From the NCBI RefSeq assembly GCF_004010195.1, contig NC_057711.1:75219730-75253312 (forward strand): a stretch of DNA of 33,583 nt, given 5' to 3'. How positions within the stretch are numbered: the first letter of the stretch is position 1; each line of letters opens with the position of its first letter. Positions 22,964 through 33,583 of this stretch are shown here, piece by piece. Made by a program: the position numbers and the translations under genes. The notes beneath the pieces are model-generated. The model did not search any database, was not told the DNA's origin, and saw only the letters and a program-made list of their open reading frames with translations. The DNA is from Chiloscyllium plagiosum. Its lineage: Eukaryota.

Positions 22964-23258
22964 GAGATTAGATTCCCTACAGTGTGGAAACAGGCCCTTC
23001 GGCCCAACAAGTCCACACCAACCCTCTGAAGAGTAACCCACCCAGACCCATTTCCCTCTGACTAATGCTCCCTACACACTGGGCAATCTAACATGGCCAA
23101 TTCACCTAACCTGCACATCTTTGGACTGTGGGAGGAAACCCACACAGACACAAGGAGAATATGCAAACGCCACACAGACAGTTGCCCGAGGTGGGAATTG
23201 AACCTGGGACCCTGGTGCTATGAGACAGCAGAGCTAACCACTGAGCCACCATGCCACC
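22964..23258 (-). mobile_element. HE1-like tRNA SINE
   Basis: Minus strand: ggtggcatggtggctcagtggttagc (A box), gggttcaattcc-like B box, and tail gggccgaagggcctgtttccacactgtagggaatctaatctc. Confidence 0.93.
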
Positions 23259-26200
23259 ACCAATCCTCAGCGCAGACACACAGATTTCCCACAAAGAGAT
23301 GGGTTACTGTTCTTGTTAAATCAGTATACAAAATAGATAGATGTGAGAATAATAGCAGAAGTTGAATTACCAGAATCATACTTTCTGAATCAGACAGAAT
23401 CAGATAGATAGAAAATTTTATTCAGATTGTTGATCAAACCTGCATTTCATGTCCCCAATACAGAGAAAATGTCATTTGAAATTCAGTTTTATTCAAGGCT
23501 GAAATGGTTGTGTTCTATTTGTACCTTGCCTTTAAGCAAGTTCACATTTAAGAACTCCATGTATTGGTTACATGTATGTTTGAATTCTGATTAGATGTCA
23601 GTCTGCTGTGCATTTGCAAACTGCACACACATACACATAGAGATAAGTTACAATGTCTGCTTCGTAATTTACAATGTGCTTTACTGTTTAAATAAACTAC
23701 CCAATTGAGCTGCACAAACCCTGTTGAGCAATTAATTATTCAACCATTATCATTTGTGTGATGTGGTGATAGGGGTGGGACAAGTTGTGCTGATGAAGCC
23801 CATTGGACTTGAACAGTTAGCAAGCAAATTAATCTGCAGGTGAAACACACGGTTAGCAATCTAAAATTATGCGCAAATGTATATCACAAATCTTGATGTC
23901 TTTGTTCATCACAACATTGGAGACTTTTGAAAACACAGTTTAGTGATCTACAGTCCCCCATTGTCTCCTATAACGAATCAAATCCCTGTCAAAAGTCCAA
24001 TTTAAAGCATGTGAGAAAGATGTGATCAAGGTGTGAAATGGATCAATAGCAAGGAAGGGAAGGTCAAAGATATACTGTCAGAATATCCACATGTCTCTAC
24101 AGTAAACTGGGATGCAGACACCTCCTAAGAATTTAAAATGTTGAAGTTGCAATTACTCCACAGAGGCCTGTATCCCATCACCAAGTCACCTTTCATTTAC
24201 ACATCGAAAGTCCTTCACTCTGAGAGTGAACAGGATGTCTGACACACTCCTCTACTTATCTACCATGCAGGGCTCAGCAACAGAACCAGACTAACAGCCC
24301 CAATCAGGGAACCTATAATGATGTCCCATCCTCTACTGTGATCTAGTCTCTCTGGGTCCAAAACGTTTAAATTCTGCTTCTGACAGCCCTTTGATTTCCC
24401 TCATCACCACCAGCTGTTTCAGTTTTGCCAGAACAGGATCCTTCTAATATGCTCAGCTGAAGCTGAAAGTGTGTCCAGAAAATGTAAAGCCATTGTGGAC
24501 ATTTCTAGTGGCAGTATCACCGTTGGTGTATCTGCCAGTGGGAGGAGGATCAATGTATTTTCATTTGGTACTTGGCCTCCTGGATGATGTTCCAACTTAT
24601 AATTATACGCACCTAGTATTAGAGCCCACCACTGAATCAAGCCTGAAGTTGTGGGCAACACTGACTTATCCTCTTTAAGTAGACATAGCAGGAGTTTGTA
24701 GTTCATTGTTATTACAAAATTACAATTGTAAAGGTGTCAGTTACTCCAAAAATGACCACCAAACCTTCCTTCTCCATTTAGGCATACTTGTGTTCTGCAT
24801 TAGCCAAAGTCCTGGATGCATGCACTATTAAGCGTTCCTCTCCATTGGGCCACCTAAGAGATAATATTATCCTGATGCCTTAAGGGGAGACATCTCATCT
24901 CACTTGGGATTATGGTGTGGCAAACCTTGGAGGATGACAGCTGTTTCTTCACTTCCCTGAAAACTATGGCTTGGCTATGCGACCATTTCCAAGGCTGACC
25001 TTTTCATAAGAGTTGATGCAAAGATTCCAGGATGGAGACCAGCTTATGTATGGACATTCCCTAATAATTAACCAGCCAAAGGAAAGACCTCTGGTACAAA
25101 TGTGAGAGCTGGGACACCTTTTATCGCCCCCTCTTTCCCTTCTAACAGGTGTAACCCAATCTTATTGACTCTGTAGCCCAAGTAGGTCACTTGAGGTGAT
25201 TGGAACACACATTTTTCCATTCTAAAGTGTATGTCCACATGGGAGAAACATCTAAGAACTATGTCCAAGTTCTCTAAATGCTCTTTATTGATCTTCCCTG
25301 TTATCAGCACATTATCTGTATAAATGGTGGCCTGGGGTAGACCTTGTAAAATGTTCCCCATCATCCACTGAAAAATTGCACAGGCTGACAATATCCCAAC
25401 TGGCAATCTCTGGTATTGGGAAAAACCCATCTGCGTATTAATTGTAGCATACTTCTGAGAATCCTCATCTAACCACAATTGCAAGGATGCATGGCTTTGT
25501 AAAGGACATTTCAGTTTGCCTATGAATCCTCTATATGAGGGATTGGGTATTTATCCAGATGCGAGAAGTAGTTTACCATTTGTAAAAAGAAAACTCCACA
25601 AAGACGAACTGACTCATTGGGTTTCACAATTGGTATGACTGGTGCTGCTCATTTTACAAACTGGTTTGGTTATTCCTTCGCTTTCCAGCCTTCTAATTTC
25701 TGCCTCTACTTTTGCCCATAAGGGAAATGACACTGAGTAGGCCTTGCAGGAATTGCTTCCTGGTCAACCCGCAAGGTGGCCCTGGCTCCCCGATAGTCCC
25801 TCAACCTCCCAAAAGGCAAAACGGGTATGTAACTATGACTTCATTCAGGCAGTCATTTTCTAATTGAAAAGTGTTGAGCCAACCTATGTGAATCCCTCTC
25901 AACAATTTTCATCTCATCAAACATATGCCAAACCTTTTACAATAATCAGAAGGAACTGAAGCAGCTGCTTCTCTTGAGAGACTGGAGCTGAAGTTGTACC
26001 TTTAATCTATAATGGGTTCCCCATGTAGGTTCTCAGTCTAGCCAAGGTCTTACGCAAACTTAAGGGTTGGAGTCCAGAGCTAATTTTCTTAAAGACAGGT
26101 TCTGCAATCACTGAACTGGCCACACCAGTATTGACCTCCATTAGAACTGAGTCACCATTCAACCAGCTGTTTATTTTGATTGATTCTGATTTGGATGCTG

Positions 26201-27039
26201 CTAAGCAACTTAACTGTTCCAAACCAGATGTAGGTGGACTTTCCTGGACACGGACATATGAGTTCTCTTACTCTATTTAGGTCTAATGGGATTCTTTTGC
26301 TGTCTCGAGGCTGCATTGCTGCAGCAAAATGATTTGATTGCTAGTCTGGATCCTGAAGAAAGTGTTAACCAGTTGGTCGAGGCTTTGTTTTGAGGATTTG
26401 CTGTGGGCTGACCTAGAGTCTCTTTGTTCAGGATATGTCCTGAGTGAGGCTATGCAATTATTTTCATTCAAGTGGTGCTCCCCCAAACACAGAATATCTT
26501 GCAACCACTTGTTGCACTTTCCAATGATAAACCTAGTTGTAGTGCCTGTTGAAGTCTTCAGTTAGTCAACACTTTTGCATGGTTATATAATTAATCTCAC
26601 ACACCAAACCATCACTCAGCATCTCATTAAGGGTTAAACCAAAGTCACATGCCTCTGTCAGGTGCTTAACCTTGTCCAAACTCCCAATACGGATTCCCCG
26701 GTTCTCAAGTAAAACCAATAGCATCTCAGAATTAGAGGAATCGCAAGATGGTAAAATTCCTGAACTAATGTCAACTCTTGAAAGGTTTTAGTATCTAGTG
26801 CCTCAGGGAAATTCCAGGTCCTAATAACTAAAAATGCTATGGGCCTGCAGGCTGTCAGGAGAATTACTGCCTCAAGGTCATTTGCCTGGAAAAAAGATAT
26901 AATCGTTCCACACACTGGGCCCAGTCTTCCACAGCAGGATTGAATGTGTCAAGCTTCTGCATAATAGCATGATGCCAGAAATGCTTACTCCAACTCAAAG
27001 ACATCTGTTGTGAGTGAATTTCTTCAAGAGTATGTTTTT

Positions 27040-27052
27040 CTCTTGTCACCGC
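27040..27052 (-). promoter_or_regulatory. Degenerate primer-binding site
   Basis: gcggtgacaagag immediately after the LTR; the sister copy has gtggtgattagag (29736-29748). Both are derivable from a TGGCGACGAG-type PBS, largely by CpG decay. Confidence 0.6.
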
Positions 27053-27288
27053 TGAAATACCTCCACAGAAGCTGGTATCCCATCACCAAATCACCCTTTA
27101 TTTACATGCGGGAAATTCTTTGACACTAATGTAGCTTCCTCAGAACCAGCTCTCAGAGACAACAGAATCTCTGACATACTTGTTTATATCTGTCAGCCAG
27201 GGTTCCCTGATTGGACCAACTTAACAGCCTCAACCAGGGAACTCATCTTCAATGACAGCCACTGGCTGAACTCATTACAATCACTACC
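27053..27288 (-). repeat. 5' LTR of the Gypsy provirus
   Basis: Homologous to 24148-24320 and 29749-29937. On the minus strand it carries ccaatc, tataaa and aataaa in order and ends in CA. Confidence 0.9.
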
Positions 27289-27509
27289 GAAGTATTATTC
27301 AGAGTTATGGTTTCTAGATTTAGGTATATCCAATGTAGAAAAGCAAGCCTTTAAGATTTGCTTAGCAATTGTGAAAGAAGGTTTACACAGGCTTAACACA
27401 TTAGAATTAACAGGTAAATAGGTAAAAGATCCTAAAAGATACGGGCTAAATTAGAAGACCAATTCAGAGTCAGATTAACCTCTCTAGTCATCAACTGGAA
27501 TTCACATCA

Positions 27510-28548
27510 TTTAGAACAGAAGAACTACTAGCAGGCAATGAAGCCCCTCGAGCCCGCTCCGCCATTTGATATGTTCATGGCTAATCGCATCCTGGCTTCA
27601 ACTCCACTTTCCTACCTGCTTTCCATAACTCTTCACTCTGTTACTAATTAAAATTTGTCTAGCTCCTCCTGAAATTTACCCAATTCCAGCATTCACCACA
27701 CTCTGGGTAGTGAATTCCATAGATTTACAACCCTTCGAGAGAAGTCATTTCTCCTCAACTCTGTTTTAAATTGCTACCCTTTATGCTAAAACTATGATCT
27801 CTCATTCCAGGTTGCCCCAATTGAGGAAACACCCTTTCTACATCTGCTTTGTCAATCCCCTTTAGAATCCTACATACCTCAATTGAATCTTCTTGTATTC
27901 TTCCACACTCCAGAGAATATCATCCTAAACTGCTCAATCTGTCTTCATTAGACAAATGCCTCTTCTCTGGAATAAAGCTAGTAAACCTCCTCTGAATGGC
28001 CTCCAATACAACTACGTCCCTCCTCAAGTAACTGGACTAAAATTGTCCACAATACTCCAAGCACAATCTCACTAATGCCTTATACAGTTGCAGAAACACT
28101 TCGTTACTTTTGTAATCTATTCCTTTCACAATAAATATCAACATTCCATTTTTCTCTCTTAATACCTATTGGACCTGCAGACTAGCTTTCTGTGATTCAT
28201 GCATGAAGACACCCAAATTCCTTTGCACTGAACTGCTGTGAAGTTTCTCTCTATTGACGCAATATGTTGCTCACATATTCCTCTGACCAAAACGGATACC
28301 TCACATTTATCCATTTTAAACATCATCTGCCAAATTTTGGCTGATTCAGCTGACCTACTCATATCCATTTGTTAATTCCTTACTTCTTCATTGCACCTTA
28401 TTTTTCCCACCTATTTTAGTATCATCTGCAAATTTGGCTTCAGTGTGTTCTGTCCCTACGTCCAAGTCATTAATATGGGTTGTACATAATTGGGGCCTAA
28501 GGACCAAACCCTGTGACACCCCACTAATTACACCTTGCCAACCAGAAC
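27510..28548 (-). mobile_element. 5'-truncated CR1 LINE
   Basis: SGWQGVISGVSQGLVLRPQL..INDLDVG...AKFADDTKIGG and WQMMFKMDKCEV, with the CR1 3' UTR at the left end. Confidence 0.92.
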
Positions 28549-28569
28549 AAGGGCTATAGAATCCATAGG

Positions 28570-29410
28570 TCACTTCCTGAGCACATGCAGAGAAAAAGTG
28601 TTCATCAACTGAGTTTCTAGATGGTAAGTTAGCAAACAGAATTTGGTAAACAGAACAAAAATGTTTAGCATCAAACAGTGACCGAAAGATGGATCTAAAT
28701 ACAAGGTGGTCCTCATAATTCAATGAAGCTAAAGGATCTTAGTATAAACTTGGTGCTTGATACAATCACTATAATACTCCAACATAGCAAAGGATGTGGT
28801 CTACTGCATGAAATAAGGAATTACTCAGTTTTCAACTAACTTTACAAGGCATTTGATGCAGCGACAGAGTGTTGTAGACAAACCCAAATGGATTGTGCCT
28901 ACAAAGTACTAAGTTACAATAAAGATCTATTGCTATTACACCACCACCACCACCCCAACTACCAACTCGAAGTCCACACCCACAATCCACCATAAACCCA
29001 AATCACGTGAAGTAATTGACAAAGCAGCTTCTGACAATACACACAAGTAGTGGCGAACACAAATTTTACACTATTAATCTCTTGGAAATCATCAATCATA
29101 CCAGCTGAAATGTTTGAAAACTTAAAATTATCTATCCTCCCAGATCTGATGACAATTTGGTTTTGATTGAGACTGACTGAAAAATGTGGGAAGCCATGAC
29201 AAAACCTAGAAATGTAAAACTTCCAGCAGACCACAATTCATCAATTCCATGTCAAAAGTGCTGGAGTGAAAGTGAAATCAACCTGCCTGGATGCCATGAA
29301 AGTTCTATTTTGATGATACTTGGTGAATCAAAAATTATAATTCTACTGGTATGCCATGACCTCGAACTAGACAAAATCCGTGGAATCATGCACACATCAG
29401 ACATACAACA
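28570..29410 (+). mobile_element. Very decayed Gypsy gag-protease remnant
   Basis: Fragments KGCGLLHEIRNYSVF (zinc-knuckle-like), LPADHNSSIPC and ILLVCHDLEL (protease C-terminal-like) occur in the expected order. No intact catalytic motif. Confidence 0.4.
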
Positions 29411-29429
29411 AGAAGTGGTAAGTTAAAGA

Positions 29430-29937
29430 GGTCCAGTCTTCCAAGAAAACTTTTTTTTACAAGGTTACAGGGAATTAAAGTGTGTTTTAAGATGTTAGGC
29501 TCCTAATAAAAAAAAAGCTATGGGTTTACAGGCTGCCAGGAGAATGACTCATTGTTTTTCATCTGCCCGAATATCATTTGCCCAGAAAAGAAAACACATT
29601 CTTTCCATATACTGGACCCAATCATCAACAGCAGGATTGATTAAAACAAACTTCCCAAATAATGATACCAAAAATGCTTACCTCCCAACTCAAAGATGAC
29701 TGTTCCGAGAGAATTTCTTCAGGAGCATTCCTTTTCTCTAATCACCACTGAAATAACTCCACAGAGGCTGGTATTCCATCACCAAATCACACTTTACTTC
29801 CTCAGACCAGCTCTCAGAGAAACTCTGACACTCATAGACAGGAGCCAGGGCTCCCTGATTGGACCAGGTTAACAGCCCCAAGCAGGGAAATCATATTCTA
29901 TGAGATCCACCTGCCTGACCTCAGTAAAATCACTATA
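29430..29937 (-). mobile_element. Second copy of the 24148-27288 Gypsy family: 5' LTR, PBS and gag N-terminus only
   Basis: Collinear with 26765-27288; LTR at 29749-29937. Confidence 0.88.
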
Positions 29938-30039
29938 CGCATGTTAAAAAACAAAAAGAAACACATGTACATTTTTATTTTTTAAGGAAAGAGTATTTGA
30001 AATTTCAGGCTATGTTGTGGGAAGAAAGGGTTTACAGAT

Positions 30040-30430
30040 ACATGGATTAGTTGTCCATCTACAATAATTAAATAGATAAGTCATTTCAAGGGAGAAATCA
30101 GAAGCGAGCCTGATGGAAAAGTGAATGAAATCTTCACTGGGGCTGAGGTCTTCCAGAAATCAAGGGAGAGGGCAATTTGCCCATTTCTCTGTCACATCAG
30201 GGATAGCAGAAATAGTATGGATTTAGACATTACAGAGGACAGTGGGCTAAAAAGAACGGGAGGGAAGATGGATAAGGTGGAAAAACAGTTGAGGATTGCA
30301 AAGAAATGGAACTTACCACAGACAAGGATAATTTCCAGAAAAGGAAAGGAATCATTTCAGAAGTCTGTTTTAGAAAGACAGGTGAGCAGATAGGATTGGC
30401 TTTCCATTCCGCGCATACCAGGGATGCTGA
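30040..30430 (-). mobile_element. Possible very old PLE RT fragment
   Basis: Purine-rich tract with patchy similarity to the reverse complement of 19880-20300. Confidence 0.3.
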
Positions 30431-30491
30431 TGAGCAAGTAGGTACTGGGAAATCAAATAGCCATTGCTTTCACAAATTTTATGTCCACTGC

Positions 30492-30645
30492 AGAACCAAA
30501 GGAACAGGAGTGGACTATTTGGCCCCACACAACCTCTCCACTATCAATAAGGCCAGTGCTCATTTGCTTATGGTCTCCATCAACCTCCAATTCCTTGTCT
30601 ATCAAAAATCTATCTCAGTTTTGTACAAATTGAATGCACCATGGA
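30492..30645 (-). mobile_element. Degenerate CR1 3' end
   Basis: aggaacaggagtggactatttggcccc...aaaaatctatctcag parallels the other CR1 3' ends, such as 16450-16590. Confidence 0.65.
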
Positions 30646-30871
30646 CTAATTTACAGCCAGGTTTTTTTAGGTTGGTCGATAGTAGTCTTTCTCAAAAAGT
30701 ACAAGAGTTTCCTTTCATTATAAATATGAAAATCAAGTTCAAATTTGGATAGGTAGGATATTGTTATAGAGCTCTCTCAGAGGTTATACTCAAATCACCT
30801 GAATAATAAAACATATAGTCAGAGTCAGTCAGTTTCTGGGCTCAAAAAATATCTCAGGCATTAACTTTGCA

Positions 30872-30940
30872 CGCTGGAAGGCACTTTGAGATGTCCTTTT
30901 GGGTTGTAAAAGATGATTTGTAAATGCAAGCCTTTTCTCT
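30872..30940 (+). mobile_element. DeuSINE-like (SacSINE1/AmnSINE1-type) 3' tail remnant
   Basis: aggcactttgagatgtccttttgggttgtaaaagatgatttgtaaatgcaagcctttt matches the tail pattern aagcgctttgggacgtcc..gtcgtgaaaggcgctatataaatgcaagtcttt as I recall it. Confidence 0.55.
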
Positions 30941-31184
30941 CTTTTTGTAAGTACAGTATAAAGAAATTATGTTTGTCTGTGTGATTGTGACAAATTTGTT
31001 TAGGCTTTTTGAGATTCTGTAAATGCAAAAAGGCTTTCACCACAGAGATTTCCTGCAAAATTTATTATTGCGGCAACCAAAATTCCAGATGTGGGAAATG
31101 AAAGGACTGTTTTCTCCCTCTTTTGACCCAATTTTAACTCGCTTTAAGTGAAGGCCATACGTGCATCCATCATCAACATTTTTA

Positions 31185-31750
31185 CTGAATCAGCTTTATA
31201 AATACAATGGCTACAAGATCAGATCAGAAGCTGGGAATTCTGTGGCAACTAACTCAGTCTCTGACTCTACGAAGTGTGCATACCACTTGCAAAACTCACA
31301 TGCAGAATGTGATGGAATATCTTTCGCTTGGCTGAATGAATATAATGTCAAAAACATGAAAGAAGCTTGAAACCACGCAAACAAAGTGGACCATTTTAAT
31401 GAGATCCCATCCTCCACCATAGATAGATAGTAGCTGCAGTGTGCACAAGGCTCCTTCATCAGCTTTTCCCAAGCCTATGACTTCCACACTCAGAGGAACA
31501 AGGCAACAGAAGAATGGGAAGACAGCCACATGCATCCTTGTGCACATCCAGCCTAGAAAATATATCACCATCCCATTGTCCCTCATCAAATTCCAGATCT
31601 CACTATGAAATGCACTGTGAGTGTACCAAAATTAAACTGACTGCAGCAATCCAAGAAGAAAACTTACTACCAACTTCAAAAATGCAATAAGGGATGGGAA
31701 ATATACGCCAGTTTTCCCAATAAAGCTCTTGTTCCTTTAACAAATAAAAT
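31185..31750 (+). mobile_element. LINE 3' fragment, same family as 1519-2278, more diverged
   Basis: Shared blocks: ctgggaattctg, gtgatggaatat, cttttcccaagcctatgac, agaggaacaagggc-like, agggatggg. Confidence 0.75.
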
Positions 31751-33334
31751 GAGTGCTTCAAGTGTAGGAACAGAATAGTTTTTTTATTGTTACTATTGGA
31801 TCTTATTATATCTTTTTTCTTAGTACTTGCATACTATTATTTTCAGCTTTTTAGAATATAGCTTTAATCAAGGTGTTTATTATGTGCAATAGGTTTGAAA
31901 TTCACCTTGGCCTATGTTAGAAAATAGGGATAGTGAACTGGTTGGATATCTTACATGCCTCCCAATTTTCTTTGCTATATTCAGATTTATCAAACCACAA
32001 CTGATAACACTGTTTTGACATATAATTTTAGCATTTTAACTGTCATAAATGGCTTTTATGAGTGAAATATGTCTTATTTGCCTTAAGCAACAAATATAAT
32101 TAGAGGGGATAACATATGAAACATATTGTCTGTGATGAAATTGATTTTTTTCAGTCCTTACATTTGAGGGAAGTAAACGTCTTGGTTATATAAGAACCAG
32201 AATGCTAATAGATTTTAAAATCTTTTGGCTTTGCTGCTCATGTGTTTACCTTTTGATGATTCAATTGCACTTAAATGAAGAATCATATGTTATGTGTTCA
32301 ATTTCTACCAAGTTGAGATTCTGTAAGATTTCAACAGAATCTTCATTATTTGCAACAAACTTAACTAAAGTCTACATTTTAACAATCAGATCTTTATCTG
32401 CAGTATTATGAATTCCCTCGATTACCCCTAATATCCAATTCACTTTGCTTAGTCTTACTGCTTTTAACGTTTTATTAGTGTTTCCATTAGGAATATGACA
32501 ACAATGCAGCTCTGTGAAGCACAGCATAATAACATTATGATTCATGCTGTTCACCATGCCAATTTACCCTGTTCTTCAATCATAAACTACTTCTCCTGTA
32601 AGAGATAGAATAACTCACAGCAGTTGTCCATCCCTGAATTCTGTAAAGAGCCGTCTTGTCTGTAAGAGATTATTATCAATTCCAGTGCTACATTTGTAAA
32701 CTTTTATGCTCTGCTGTTTCTCTGCTTTGTCAGAGGTTCAAACTGCCTGCCCCACACATCCATTCATGTGGACAAAGATTGTTTGTTATTGATCAGAAGT
32801 TACTTACAGCAATTTAAAAAAAACATTCCAATGATCAATGGTAGCTGAGCTTTACATGCCCTTGGGCTCTGGGATCTAGTGCTGAACTGAAATGCTACAA
32901 TATAAGGAAACATTAGAACAGTGCACAAAAGATCGTTTTTACCATAGACCAAGCAGAATCAACCATCTCACACACCCTTCGTTATCCATTTCATTTTCCT
33001 TCAGAATGTTCTGTACTTCGAATTGTAAAAGCAATTAAGCAAAACTCTAATACATAGTTCACTCTCACATCTCCATTTTTCAACTATACTGCCAACACAA
33101 AATCCTCCTTTTTCCACAATCTCAGCTGCAGAAGCCATGGTGCCTTATATAGTGTACTAATATTCTATTAAGCCACAGTAAATTATCGATATCACAAAGG
33201 TGTGTCAGATTAGCCATCAATGTGAACTAGTTATTTTTCTGACAATGTTTCATGTCCAGGTTTCAATAATAGATTATATAGTGATCAGTCATTAAAGACA
33301 TTTAAAGATGAATCAAACTTATCCCAAACTGCAA

Positions 33335-33583
33335 GGTTTGTGAAGGTTTGTAGCTCAAGTTGAGGTTTAGGGTGTAGGTTTGCTCACTGAGCTGTAGGTT
33401 TGATATCCAGACGTTTCATTACCTGGCTAGGTAACATCATCAGTGGCGACCTCCAAGTGAAGCGAAGCTGTTGTCTCCTGCTTTCTATTTATATCTTTCT
33501 CCTGGATGGGGTTCCTGAGGTTTGTGGTGATGTCATTTCCTGTTCATTTTCTGAGGGGTTGATAGATGGCATCGAGATCTATG
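33335..33583 (-). mobile_element. Penelope-like element 3' end (family D), continuing beyond the window
   Basis: The minus frame ends IDLDAIYQPLRK* (stop 33544-33546), resembling the C-terminus after PLE GIY-YIG domains. The terminal repeat that follows contains a canonical hammerhead. Confidence 0.8.
33407..33446 (-). ncRNA. Canonical minimal type I hammerhead ribozyme
   Basis: CCA-CUGAUGA-U-GUUACCU-AGCC-AGGUAAU-GAAA-C-GUC-UGG. Stem I CCA/UGG, 7-bp stem II, palindromic ACGU in place of helix III, GUC triplet. Confidence 0.88.

Larger units (their letters stand above)
24148..27288 (-). mobile_element. Ty3/Gypsy provirus (Mag-like): 5' LTR, gag, PR, RT, RNase H, integrase deleted, truncated 3' LTR
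   Basis: LTRs at 27053-27288 and 24148-~24320, perfect TSD GAAGT (24143-24147, 27289-27293). Gag KLDTFNPAVEDWAQCVER; protease MEVNTGVASSVI; RT ATINT..QYQRLPVG..IFQ..YTDNVLITG; RNase H ASRTLANAEHKYA.MEKEGL. Confidence 0.93.

Noticed and set aside
23788..23822. CUGAUGA followed by a small hairpin (hammerhead, C/D box or SECIS look-alike)
   Set aside because: It has GAAC instead of GAAA, no stem I pairing, a helix too short for SECIS, and no PLE context.
30424..30455. CUGAUGAG...GAAA spacing
   Set aside because: No proper stem II closing pairs and no stem I or III.
30306..30752. 148-aa ORF
   Set aside because: It spans decayed repeat fragments, including an antisense CR1 3' end, and shows no recognisable domain.
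32560..32670. Clustered minus-strand splice-like signals (tctcttacag, gtgagt) and a 41-nt open segment
   Set aside because: The implied intron between neighbouring segments is only about 23 nt, the adjacent segment has stops in all frames, and no protein is recognisable.
1..33583. Prokaryotic-type systems (CRISPR arrays, operons, defence islands)
   Set aside because: No regularly spaced repeats and no dense coding; the content is vertebrate retroelement debris.

Overview
Eukaryotic, repeat-dense non-coding DNA, most likely intronic or intergenic. The repeat families (HE1-like tRNA SINEs, CR1 LINEs, DeuSINE-like tails) point to a cartilaginous fish such as a shark; that assignment is inference. 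No host protein-coding gene can be supported: every recognisable ORF is a decayed transposon fragment. Contents are several CR1 LINEs, three copies of a second CR1/L2-group LINE, one RTE LINE, tRNA-derived SINEs, Ty3/Gypsy remnants (one two-LTR provirus at 24148-27288 with a perfect GAAGT TSD), a possible ERV fragment and many Penelope-like elements (PLEs). The most interesting signal is RNA-level: nine copies of a minimal type I hammerhead ribozyme motif from four PLE terminal-repeat families, with varying stems around a conserved core. One is fully canonical (33407-33446, minus strand). Three ORF-less fold-back mini-elements of 170-230 bp are built only from these ribozyme-bearing termini. 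One sits between a perfect 15-bp TSD inside an RTE copy that was already dead. All calls were made by eye, and most repeat boundaries are approximate.
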